The position numbers and the translations under genes are program-made. Positions 47,346 to 57,200 of a stretch of DNA of 64,000 nt are shown here, one piece after another (the stretch's first letter is position 1; each line of letters starts with the position of its first letter). Below the pieces are notes generated by a model. It ran no database searches. It saw only the letters and a list, made by a program, of their open reading frames with translations, and was not told where the DNA came from. Source of the stretch: an uncultured Chitinophagaceae bacterium (lineage in GTDB: Bacteria; Bacteroidota; Bacteroidia; Chitinophagales; Chitinophagaceae); the NCBI GenBank assembly GCA_964236235.1, contig CAXSDW010000003.1:22100-86099 (forward strand), written 5' to 3'.

Positions 47346-47969
47346 ATGGATGTTAAGGAAAGGATCAAGCAAAAGTCGGATGAATTATTTAAACGTTACG
47401 GGATAAAATCTATAACGATGGATGAGATTGCTAATCAGTTAGGAATATCAAAGAAAACCATTTATCACACGTTCGCCGATAAAGATGAATTGGTTGATTC
47501 TGTGATTTCTGATCTGCTGGTACATAACAGGGAACAATGTGCCGGTAGCCGTGTTAAAGCAGATAATGCAATTCACGAGGTTTTTATGGTAATGGAAATG
47601 CTGCAGGAAATGTTTGAAAATATGAATCCTGCGATTTTGTATGACCTGGAAAGAAATCATCCGCAAACATTTAAAAAATTTCAGCAACATAAAAATTTTT
47701 ATCTCTTTGATAACATTAAACAAAATATAGAAAAAGGTAAAAGTGAAGGCTTGTACCGGGAAGATGTGAATACAGACGTTGCCGCAAAAGTGAGGCTTGA
47801 AACCGTTATGCTTCCATTTAACCAGGAAATTTTTCCAAAAAGTAAGTTTAACCTTGTTGATCTTGAAAAATTATTGGCGGAGTATTATTTGTTTGGTATA
47901 GCAAGTACCAGAGGTTATAAAGTTATTTTAAAGTATCAGCAGGAAAGACTAAAAAGTATTGTAAAATGA
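47346..47969 (+). CDS. TetR/AcrR family regulator
   Basis: GIKSITMDEIANQLGISKKTIYH.F.DK HTH. Confidence 0.93.
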   Translation: MDVKERIKQKSDELFKRYGIKSITMDEIANQLGISKKTIYHTFADKDELVDSVISDLLVHNREQCAGSRVKADNAIHEVFMVMEMLQEMFENMNPAILYDLERNHPQTFKKFQQHKNFYLFDNIKQNIEKGKSEGLYREDVNTDVAAKVRLETVMLPFNQEIFPKSKFNLVDLEKLLAEYYLFGIASTRGYKVILKYQQERLKSIVK

Positions 47970-49366
47970 AACAAACAATTGTGATGCGAAGTGTATTGAC
48001 ATTTTTAATTTTGGTGATAACATATTATATAGCTGATGCCCAGCAGGTAAATTCTTTTAGTGTACAGCAATCTGTAGAATATGCTTTAAAAAACTCTGAA
48101 CAGGTTAAAAATGCATTGCTCGACATACAACTTCAAAAGCAAACCAATAAAGAAATAACAGCAGCGGCGTATCCGCAATTAAGCGGCAGTGTAAATGCCA
48201 ATTATAATCCCAACGTTGCTGTACAAACTTTTCCCAATTTTATAGGTGCGGCAACTTATGGCGTATTAACGCAGGAAGGCGTAAAAAACGGGAATGGAAA
48301 TCCCATACAAGCTCCTTCAGACTTTGGATTTATTGAGGCGCAATTTGGCTCTAAATATACTGCCAGCGCAGGTGTTGACCTAAACCAACTACTTTTTGAC
48401 GGACAGGTTTTTGCAGGACTTTTGGCCCGCAAAACATCTATTACTTATGCAACTACAGTTGCTGAAGTTACCAGCGAGCAGATAAAAACCAATATTTATA
48501 AGATTTATTACCAGTTGGTTATTGGCAAAAAGCAAATTGCAAGTATTGATGCAAATATTAATCGTTTTGAAAAATTATTAAACGATACAAGGGAAATTTA
48601 TAAGAATGGATTTGCTGAAAAACTTGATGTTGATAAAGTAGAAGTGCAGTTAAATAATTTAAAAACGCAAAAGGTAAAAGCCCAAAATGATATTGATGCC
48701 GGCATTTCAGGCTTAAAATTTTTAATGAGTATGCCGCAAAAAGATCAGTTGATATTAACAGATACTTTATCAGAAGAAGAATTAAAGCAAAATATACTTG
48801 AACAGGATTATAAATATGCTGATCGTAAAGAATACCAGCAGTTAACCTTGCTTGAAAAGCTAAATGGTTACAATATAAAACGATACAGGCTAAGCAAAAT
48901 ACCTACGCTTGCGCTTTCAGGTAATTTAAGTAAAAATGCACAGCGCCAGCAATTTGATTTTTTTAAAGGGCAATATTTCACTTCTTCATTTATAGGATTG
49001 CATTTAAATGTTCCTTTATTTGATGGCGGCGCAAGAAATGCAAGAATAGCTTCAGCAAAACTTGATCTTCTAAAAACACAGAATAATATTGAGCAAATAA
49101 AACAGGCAATTGATAATGATGTGGCTCAATCGAGAATAAGAATGAAGAGCGCTGTTATAACAATGGATGATCAAAAAAGAAATATAGAGCTTGCAGAAAA
49201 AGTATACAACACCACTAAACTAAAATATGAACAAGGCCTGGGAAGCAACCAGGAAATATATACTGCGCAAACTGAATTGCAGGTAGCCCAAAATAATTAT
49301 TACAGTTCTCTTTACGATGCTGTAAATGCAAAGATTGATTACTTAAGGGCTGCCGGTAAATTATAA
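47966..49366 (+). CDS. TolC family outer membrane efflux protein
   Basis: Signal peptide; AAYPQLSGS, L.VPLFDG, KYEQGLGS, AQ.NY...LY. Confidence 0.9.
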   Translation: MKQTIVMRSVLTFLILVITYYIADAQQVNSFSVQQSVEYALKNSEQVKNALLDIQLQKQTNKEITAAAYPQLSGSVNANYNPNVAVQTFPNFIGAATYGVLTQEGVKNGNGNPIQAPSDFGFIEAQFGSKYTASAGVDLNQLLFDGQVFAGLLARKTSITYATTVAEVTSEQIKTNIYKIYYQLVIGKKQIASIDANINRFEKLLNDTREIYKNGFAEKLDVDKVEVQLNNLKTQKVKAQNDIDAGISGLKFLMSMPQKDQLILTDTLSEEELKQNILEQDYKYADRKEYQQLTLLEKLNGYNIKRYRLSKIPTLALSGNLSKNAQRQQFDFFKGQYFTSSFIGLHLNVPLFDGGARNARIASAKLDLLKTQNNIEQIKQAIDNDVAQSRIRMKSAVITMDDQKRNIELAEKVYNTTKLKYEQGLGSNQEIYTAQTELQVAQNNYYSSLYDAVNAKIDYLRAAGKL

Positions 49367-49397
49367 TTGAATAAACGAATATAAATAACGGATAATT

Positions 49398-50606
49398 ATG
49401 CAAAAGATTACAATCGTTTCACTGTTAACAGGCATGTTGCTTTTTGTTGCTTCTTGCGGCAATGGCAAAAAACAAAATGATGCTGCCATTACTGATAAAA
49501 AAGTGGAATTAGAAAAGCTTAAAGCACAAAAAAGTAAAACAGACGACCAGATAAAAAAACTTGAAGATGAGCTCAGCAAAATCGATCCAGGTACAGCGAA
49601 TGCGCAAAAAGCAAAGCTGGTAAGTATAGAAAAATTGCAACCAATAAAATTTAGTCATTACATTGAATTGCAGGGACGCATTGACGCTGAAAATAATAGT
49701 TATATTGCTCCAAGAGGCGCACCGGGCCTGGTTACTGCGATATATGTAAAGCAAGGAGATCGTGTACATAAAGGCCAGCTTTTGCTTAAGCTTGATGATG
49801 CTATAGCACGGCAAAATGTAGTGGCATTAAAACAAAGCATGGCTTCTGTAAGAACACAACTTGATTTGGCCCAGTCAGTTTACCAGCGGCAAAAAAATCT
49901 CTGGAATCAAAATATAGGAACCGAAGTTCAGTTGCTGCAGGCAAAATCTAATGCAGAAGGCCTGGATAATCAATTAAAAACTATGCAGGAAAACGTGAAA
50001 AGCGCCCAGGAGCAATCAAATCTTGCCAATATCTACAGCAATGTTAACGGAGTGGCCGATGAAGTAAATGTAAGAATTGGGGAAACCTTTTCTGGTGTTA
50101 CACCACAAGGCACTGCCCAAATTAAAATTGTAAATAATTCAGCGCTTAAAGTGGTTGGCAATATCCCTGAAAATTACCTTAATAGTGTAAAAATGGGGAC
50201 TGATGTAATTGTGCAGGTACCGGATATCAACCGTACTTTCAATACTAAATTAAGTTTTGTTGGTTCTTCAATTGATGTAAATAACCGCGGGTTTGTGGCA
50301 GAAGCAAAGCTGCCATCTGATGCAATGCTAAAGCCTAACCAGGTGGCATTAATAAAGATAAAAGATTATGAGTCAACGGCCGCCTTAGCCGTGCCTGTAG
50401 CCACTTTGCAGAATGACGAGAAAGGCAAATTTGTGATGGTAGCTACCACAGAAAACGGGAAGCTTTATGCCCGTAAAAGAATGGTAAATGTGGGATTGCT
50501 TAATAATGATAAGCTTGAAATAAAAACAGGTTTACAAAGCGGGGATGCCGTTATTACTGAAGGTTTTCAAAGCTTGTATGACGGGCAATTGATTACATTA
50601 GAATAA
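49398..50606 (+). CDS. RND efflux periplasmic adaptor (MFP)
   Basis: Lipobox VASC; IYVKQGDRVHKGQLL; IYSNVNGVAD; GLQSGD.VITEG. Confidence 0.92.
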   Translation: MQKITIVSLLTGMLLFVASCGNGKKQNDAAITDKKVELEKLKAQKSKTDDQIKKLEDELSKIDPGTANAQKAKLVSIEKLQPIKFSHYIELQGRIDAENNSYIAPRGAPGLVTAIYVKQGDRVHKGQLLLKLDDAIARQNVVALKQSMASVRTQLDLAQSVYQRQKNLWNQNIGTEVQLLQAKSNAEGLDNQLKTMQENVKSAQEQSNLANIYSNVNGVADEVNVRIGETFSGVTPQGTAQIKIVNNSALKVVGNIPENYLNSVKMGTDVIVQVPDINRTFNTKLSFVGSSIDVNNRGFVAEAKLPSDAMLKPNQVALIKIKDYESTAALAVPVATLQNDEKGKFVMVATTENGKLYARKRMVNVGLLNNDKLEIKTGLQSGDAVITEGFQSLYDGQLITLE

Positions 50607-50763
50607 GCTTGCAACTTCATGAAGAAAGACGTTAATGTTTCTTGTAAAAGATGCCCAAAGAACAGGAAGCACAAGTGAGTGACACAACGAAGATGACATG
50701 AAATACAGGTGCCGGAAAACAAAATAATTAAATAAACTAACGCAGGTTTTTCAAAAGAATTAT

Positions 50764-53700
50764 ATGAGTGCATTAGAAAATTTTACTGATAAATACAAGC
50801 AGTTTAAACCCACTACATGGGCGATAAAAAATAAGACATCAATCTATTTGCTGATGATTTTTTTTGCTGTCGCCGGAGTTGCCCAGTTTGTAACATTGCC
50901 TAAAGAACAATTTCCTGACATTGTTCTACCTACTATTTCTGTGCAAACAATTTATGTGGGAAACTCGCCAAAGGATATTGAAAACCTGGTAACAAAGCCA
51001 ATTGAAAAACAAATAAAAGGTATAACCGGTACAAAAATAAATAAGGTAACCAGTACATCTCAACAGGATTTTTCTTTGATAACAGTTGAATTTGAGACTG
51101 ATGTAAAGACTGATATTGCATTACAAAAAGTTAAAGATGCAGTTGATAAAGCTAAAAAGGATTTGCCTACAGACCTCACTGAAGAACCTACATCACTCGA
51201 AATTAACTTTAGTGATTTTCCTATAATGTATGTAAACATCAGCGGTGATTATGACCTGGTTCGCTTAAAAAAATATTCTGATGATCTTAAAGACAGGCTT
51301 GAAGAATTACCCCAGATAAACCGCGTTGACCTTGTTGGCGCACCGGAAAGAGAGTTCCAGATAAACGTAGATAATTACCGGATGCAAAGCGCCAATGTTA
51401 CCTTTGATGATATCAGCAATGCAGTTGCCCGGGAAAACCTTGATATCAGCGGAGGTTTGCTGGACGTGGGTTCTATGAAGCGTAACCTTCAATTAAAAGG
51501 ACAGTTTAAAACTGCTTTTGATATAGAACAGGTGCTGGTTCGCAACACAAGCGGCGCTCCGATTTATCTTAAGGACATTGCCACAATTAAAGACACCATT
51601 AAAACCAGGGAAAGCTATGCACGGCTTAATGGTAAAAATGTTATTACATTAAATATTATAAAACGTGCCGGAGAAAACCTGATTGAAACAAGTGATAAAG
51701 TAAAACAGGTGGTGGCTGAGTTAAAGCAAACTGAATTCCCTAAAAACCTTAATGTAGTTATCACCGGAGACCAAAGTAAACAAACACGCACTTCATTTAA
51801 TGATCTTGTAAATTCAATTGTAATTGGTTTTATACTGGTGTTGCTGATACTCATGTTTTTTATGGGCGTTACCAATGCATTTTTCGTGGCGCTCTCTGTT
51901 CCCTTGAGTATGTTTGTGGCATTTTTATTTTTGCCGGCGGCCGATCTTATTGTTGGTTCTCATGTCACGCTAAACTTTATTGTACTGTTCGCTTTACTTT
52001 TTGGCCTCGGTATAATTGTAGATGATGCCATTGTTGTTATTGAAAATACCCATAGAATATTTGCCGGCAGCAAAGGCCGGCTTACTTCTTCTACAAGCGC
52101 TATGATGGCTGCAGGAGAAGTTTTTGTTCCTGTGCTTGCAGGTACTTTAACTACACTTGCGCCATTTGTGCCATTGCTTTTCTGGCCGGGCATTATAGGC
52201 AAGTTCATGATCTACCTGCCAACAATGCTTATATTCACGCTCACTGCTTCTCTTATAGTTGCCTTTATAATGAACCCGGTTTTTGCGGTTGATTTTATGA
52301 ATCATGAAGAAGGAAAACCGGAGCCGAAGTCTGCCATTTTCCGTAAGCCGATATTTTGGGTATTACTTGGTGCAGGTATTTTATTTGATCTCATTGGCAT
52401 GTATACCAACAGCCATGCGCAGGTAATTGTAAGCGGGGATAACACAGTAAATGCCGGCAGCACATATTTTTTCTTTGGTAATCTTTTAATATTTTTTGCT
52501 TTAATGGTAATTGTGAACAGGTACTTATTAAAAGGATGGATTGATAATTTTCAACAAAGGGCTTTACCATGGATAATGACTCATTATGAAAGGTTATTAA
52601 GATGGGCATTAAACGGATGGAGGCCGGTTCAGTTGCTGGTAGGCACTTTTCTTTTGTTTATTTTTTCCCTTATATTTTTTAGTATGAGGAACGTGCCGGT
52701 TGTATTTTTTCCGCAGGGAGACCCAAATTATATTTATGTATACCTGAGATTACCTGTGGGCACTGCTGTGGAATATACCGATTCGGTTACACGATCTATT
52801 GAAGACAAAGTAAAAAAAGTAGTTGGCTTAGACAATGGAAAAACCAATCCTATTGTAGAAAGCATGATAACCAATGTGGCTGTTGGTGCTGGTGATCCTA
52901 CATCGGGCGACCAAAGTACAAAGCCGGAACTTGGCCGCATACAATTATCTTTTGTAGAATATGCTAAAAGAAATGGTGTGTCCACAGTGCCGTATCTTGA
53001 TTCCATCAGGAAAGCAGTAAAAGATATTCCGGGTGCCCAGCTTTCTGTTGACCAGGAGAAAGGCGGCCCGCCAACGGAACCCCCAATAAATATTGAAGTA
53101 GGAAGCGATGAGTTTGATGATATGATAAAGACTTCTGTTGCCTTAAAAAATTATCTCGATTCAATAAACATTCCCGGAGTTGAAGAATTAAAAATGGATG
53201 TAGACCTTACTAACCCTGAGATACTGTTAACTGTAAACAGGGAGAGGGCTTTGATTGCAGGCGTAAGCAGCGCCCAGATAGGCACAGAATTACGCACTGC
53301 ATTATTTGGTAAAGAGGTTTCCAAGATAAAAGAAGGTGAAGATGAATACAAAATCCAGCTGAGAAATGAAGAGTTGCAGCGCAAAAGTCTTTCCGATCTG
53401 TTGAATATGAATATCGTTTTTCGTGATAACGCAGATGGAGGTAAGTTAAAACGGGTTCCCATAAGTTCTTTGGTTACGTTTGATCTTACCAGCACTTTGG
53501 GAAGTGTAAAGCGTAAAAATGAAAAAAGAGTAATTACATTAACTTCCAACGTACTTTCAGGTTACACGCCTACGGCTGTAAACGCAGAGCTGGCAAGGGC
53601 TATCGCAGATTTTAAAAAGAAGCCAGACACAGTTACCATTAGGCAAACCGGTGAAGGAGAGCAACAGGCGGAAACAGGCGCTTTCCTGTTTAAAGCATTA

Positions 53701-54402
53701 ATTATAGCGCTTGCGCTGATCTTGTTTATTTTAGTATTACAGTTTAATTCGGTAAGTAAATCGGTGATCATTCTTACAGAAATTATATTCAGCGTAATAG
53801 GTGTTTTGCTTGGCTTTGGTATTACCGGCATGCAAATAAGTGTAGTAATGACGGGTATCGGAATTGTAGGCCTGGCGGGCATTGTGGTTAAAAATGGAAT
53901 TTTAGTGATTGAGTTTACAGATGAATTAAGAGCCCGTGGAATGAAGACTAAAGAAGCCGTTGTGCAGGCAGGTAAAACACGTATCATTCCTGTTTTGCTC
54001 ACTGCGCTTGCAGCAATACTTGCCCTTATTCCTTTGGCTACAGGTTTCAATATTAATTTTATAACCATGTTTTCTAACTTAAATCCGCATATCTTTTTTG
54101 GCGGAGACAATGCAACGTTCTGGAAGCCCTTAAGCTGGACGATCATCTTTGGGTTGGCCTTTGCATTTTTTATGACATTATTCATGGTACCGGCAATGTA
54201 TTTAATTGCAGAACGCTTACGCAGGCCAATGCGCCGCCAGTACGGAGGTAAATGGATAAGCATGCTGGGCATACCGCCGTTTACTTTATTGTTTATGCCA
54301 CTAATGGTAATAACAGCTTTTATACACAGAAGACAAGCAGCAAGAAGACAGCGGAAGCTTGGAAGTAAAGTGGATAAGAGATGGACTGGTAGCTGGTTTT
54401 AA
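50764..54402 (+). CDS. RND efflux permease (AcrB/AcrD/AcrF family)
   Basis: PKEQFPDI, GLGIIVDDAIVVIEN, GIVVKNGILVIEF, R.IPVLLT, PL...IIFGL. Confidence 0.93.
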   Translation: MSALENFTDKYKQFKPTTWAIKNKTSIYLLMIFFAVAGVAQFVTLPKEQFPDIVLPTISVQTIYVGNSPKDIENLVTKPIEKQIKGITGTKINKVTSTSQQDFSLITVEFETDVKTDIALQKVKDAVDKAKKDLPTDLTEEPTSLEINFSDFPIMYVNISGDYDLVRLKKYSDDLKDRLEELPQINRVDLVGAPEREFQINVDNYRMQSANVTFDDISNAVARENLDISGGLLDVGSMKRNLQLKGQFKTAFDIEQVLVRNTSGAPIYLKDIATIKDTIKTRESYARLNGKNVITLNIIKRAGENLIETSDKVKQVVAELKQTEFPKNLNVVITGDQSKQTRTSFNDLVNSIVIGFILVLLILMFFMGVTNAFFVALSVPLSMFVAFLFLPAADLIVGSHVTLNFIVLFALLFGLGIIVDDAIVVIENTHRIFAGSKGRLTSSTSAMMAAGEVFVPVLAGTLTTLAPFVPLLFWPGIIGKFMIYLPTMLIFTLTASLIVAFIMNPVFAVDFMNHEEGKPEPKSAIFRKPIFWVLLGAGILFDLIGMYTNSHAQVIVSGDNTVNAGSTYFFFGNLLIFFALMVIVNRYLLKGWIDNFQQRALPWIMTHYERLLRWALNGWRPVQLLVGTFLLFIFSLIFFSMRNVPVVFFPQGDPNYIYVYLRLPVGTAVEYTDSVTRSIEDKVKKVVGLDNGKTNPIVESMITNVAVGAGDPTSGDQSTKPELGRIQLSFVEYAKRNGVSTVPYLDSIRKAVKDIPGAQLSVDQEKGGPPTEPPINIEVGSDEFDDMIKTSVALKNYLDSINIPGVEELKMDVDLTNPEILLTVNRERALIAGVSSAQIGTELRTALFGKEVSKIKEGEDEYKIQLRNEELQRKSLSDLLNMNIVFRDNADGGKLKRVPISSLVTFDLTSTLGSVKRKNEKRVITLTSNVLSGYTPTAVNAELARAIADFKKKPDTVTIRQTGEGEQQAETGAFLFKALIIALALILFILVLQFNSVSKSVIILTEIIFSVIGVLLGFGITGMQISVVMTGIGIVGLAGIVVKNGILVIEFTDELRARGMKTKEAVVQAGKTRIIPVLLTALAAILALIPLATGFNINFITMFSNLNPHIFFGGDNATFWKPLSWTIIFGLAFAFFMTLFMVPAMYLIAERLRRPMRRQYGGKWISMLGIPPFTLLFMPLMVITAFIHRRQAARRQRKLGSKVDKRWTGSWF

Positions 54403-54664
54403 GTTACTGCCGTGTTTTGGTAATTCATTTACTTTATGAGGAATTAGGCCTGCAAATTTCTAAGATATGAATAACGGGTTTCGTTTTTATATGTATCTGT
54501 TTTATGAATATGTATGGGCAGGATACCTCCACTTTATATAAATGGAAGAATGCCGTAATAACGCAAAAACTTTCTTTTATTATTATTCTTGTACAAACCT
54601 TACTGAAAGTTTTAATCACTTTTTGTGTTTTAATTATTTTGCATTATTAATTTAAATAACATAT

Positions 54665-55170
54665 TTGCTAATTTCGAAGTCGAAAAATAATTACCGGAGG
54701 TATAAAAATCACATCAATAAGATGCATTCCCGATATAAAGTCTCAGGCTATAATATTACTACTAATCCTGAATTTCAAAATGAAAAAGATGGCATTACGC
54801 CTGCCTTAGCCCGGCTATTTGAAGAATTATATTATGAATCTCAAAACAGGACAAACAGAAAGATCATTACCAGGCTAACTGATTTAATTTTAAAATATCC
54901 GCAATCGCCACAGTTAAAAAAATTTTTATCTGCAGCTTATAACGTACAGGGCAATTATAAAAAAGCAACTGAAATAAATAAGTGGATACTTGCCGAGCAT
55001 CCGTAAATACCTGGGCAGGTTATACAGAAGATGAAGATGAATACCTTGACGATGATTATTTACAAAATCATCAACCATTTGTTTCCGTTAAGATAGGAAG
55101 GAATGAGCCGTGCCCATGTGGCAGTGGTAAAAAGTATAAGAGATGTTGTATAGATAAGTTGCCATTATAA
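54665..55170 (+). pseudogene. Internally deleted remnant of a TPR-like / SEC-C domain protein
   Basis: N-part ([36 protein letters not shown]) stops at 55004-55006; an acidic linker and SEC-C motif [20 protein letters not shown] follow in another frame. Confidence 0.6.
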
Positions 55171-55312
55171 TTTTTATTAATTGCCGGGAATAAAATTCAG
55201 CAACTATTTTACCTTTAGGTTTGCCATCAAATTGAATAATTAAGGTTATCGTGTTTATTTTTACTATTTTAAAACAGTTATCGTAAAACCTTACTATTCT
55301 TCTGCATTCATT

Positions 55313-55320
55313 TAAATTTG
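55313..55320 (+). promoter_or_regulatory. Bacteroidota -7 element for korA
   Basis: TAAATTTG, 18 nt before the ATG. Confidence 0.5.
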
Positions 55321-55337
55321 TAGCCTAATTTTTATAG

Positions 55338-57179
55338 ATGAATACTCAAGAAGTTTTACAGGATGTGGTGATAAAGTTTGCCGGCGACTCAGGTGATGGC
55401 ATGCAATTAACCGGCAGCCAGTTTACAAATAACTCCGCAATGCTTGGGCTGGACCTGGCGACATTTCCTGATTTTCCTGCGGAGATAAGAGCGCCCCAGG
55501 GAACATTGCCCGGCGTAAGTGGCTACCAGCTTAGGTTTTCAAGTGACCGAATTTTTACTCCCGGTGATACATGTGATGTATTAGTTGCAATGAATGCAGC
55601 AGCACTAAAGACAAATTTAAAAACCCTGAAAAAAAATGGAAAGATAATAGCCAATGTTGATGGTTTTGATGCAAAGAATCTTCGTCTTGCAAATTATCCT
55701 GATGGCATAAACCCTTTGGAGAATGGAAGTCTTGAGGGGTACGAAGTAATAAAGATGGATGTAACAAAAATGACAAGAGAAGCCCTGAAAGAATTTGAGA
55801 TGGGCACTAAAGAAAAAGACAGGGCGAAGAATATGTTTGTGCTTGGTTTTTTATATTGGATGTATAACAGGAGCATGGATAACACCATCCAATTTTTAAA
55901 AGAGAAGTTCGGTAAAAAAGAAGATATACTTAACAGCAATATAAAAGTATTACAAGCCGGTTACAATTTTGGCGACACTACAGAAACGTTTACTACAAGA
56001 TATAGTGTTGCAAAAGCAAAAATGCCTGCAGGAAATTATCGCAGCATAATGGGCAACCAGGCGCTGGCTTATGGTTTAATTGCTGCCTCGCAAAAAAGCG
56101 GGCTGCCACTATTTTTAGGTTCATATCCAATAACACCCGCAAGCGATATTTTGCATGAGCTTAGCCGCCATAAAGCATTTGGAATAAAAACATTTCAGGC
56201 CGAAGATGAAATAGCTGCAATTACATCAGCAATAGGCGCAGCATATGGAGGAAGCCTGGGAGTAACTGCAACAAGTGGCCCTGGCATGGCATTAAAAGCA
56301 GAAGCAATGGGGCTGGCAGTAATGCTTGAAATACCATTATTGATTTGTAATGTGCAGCGTGGCGGCCCTTCTACAGGCTTACCTACAAAAACAGAACAGA
56401 GTGATTTATTGCAGTCCTATTACGGCAGAAACGGCGAGTGCCCAATGCCTGTAATTTCAGCATCTACACCAAATGATTGCTTTACCGCAGTGTATGAAGC
56501 AGTGAGAATAGCTGTGCAACATATGACACCAGTTGTTTTTTTAAGTGATGGATACATTGCCAATGGTGCGGAGCCGTGGATGTTTCCAAAGAGTGATGAT
56601 CTGCCTTCGATAGACGTAAATTTTAAAACAGAACTTGGCCATCACGAAGAAGAATTTCAACCTTATTTACGTGATGAAAAATTAGTGCGCCCATGGGCAA
56701 TACCCGGCACAGCAGGCCTTGAGCACAGAGTGGGTGGTTTAGAAAAACAAAATATAACGGGTAATGTAAGCTATGATGCCGATAATCATCAATTGATGGT
56801 AAAGATCAGGCAACAAAAAATAGATAAGATTGCAGATTATATTCCTGAACAAAAGATAGATAATGGCTTTGAGAAAGGAAAAGTTTTGGTGCTTGGATGG
56901 GGAAGCACTTATGGAGCCATAAAAAGTGCAGTTATTGATTTATTAGTAAGCGGCCACCAGGTTTCACATGCACATCTGAGGTATATTCGGCCTTTTCCAA
57001 AAAATTTAAATGTCATACTTAAAAATTTCGAGCATGTTTTAATCCCTGAATTAAATAACGGGCAGCTTATAAAAATTATTCGTGATGAGTATTTAGTGGA
57101 TGCAAAAGGCTATAACAAAATTATGGGAATACCATTTACCAAAGCCGAGTTAATAGAAGAGATTAAAAAATGGTTGTAA
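55338..57179 (+). CDS. korA: 2-oxoacid:ferredoxin oxidoreductase alpha subunit (gamma-alpha fusion)
   Basis: FAGDSGDGMQLTG, AEIRAP, YPITPAS, QAEDE, TSGPGMALK, QRGGPSTGLPTK, GWGSTYG. Confidence 0.95.
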   Translation: MNTQEVLQDVVIKFAGDSGDGMQLTGSQFTNNSAMLGLDLATFPDFPAEIRAPQGTLPGVSGYQLRFSSDRIFTPGDTCDVLVAMNAAALKTNLKTLKKNGKIIANVDGFDAKNLRLANYPDGINPLENGSLEGYEVIKMDVTKMTREALKEFEMGTKEKDRAKNMFVLGFLYWMYNRSMDNTIQFLKEKFGKKEDILNSNIKVLQAGYNFGDTTETFTTRYSVAKAKMPAGNYRSIMGNQALAYGLIAASQKSGLPLFLGSYPITPASDILHELSRHKAFGIKTFQAEDEIAAITSAIGAAYGGSLGVTATSGPGMALKAEAMGLAVMLEIPLLICNVQRGGPSTGLPTKTEQSDLLQSYYGRNGECPMPVISASTPNDCFTAVYEAVRIAVQHMTPVVFLSDGYIANGAEPWMFPKSDDLPSIDVNFKTELGHHEEEFQPYLRDEKLVRPWAIPGTAGLEHRVGGLEKQNITGNVSYDADNHQLMVKIRQQKIDKIADYIPEQKIDNGFEKGKVLVLGWGSTYGAIKSAVIDLLVSGHQVSHAHLRYIRPFPKNLNVILKNFEHVLIPELNNGQLIKIIRDEYLVDAKGYNKIMGIPFTKAELIEEIKKWL

Positions 57180-57200
57180 TATCTAAAATGAAAACCGGTA

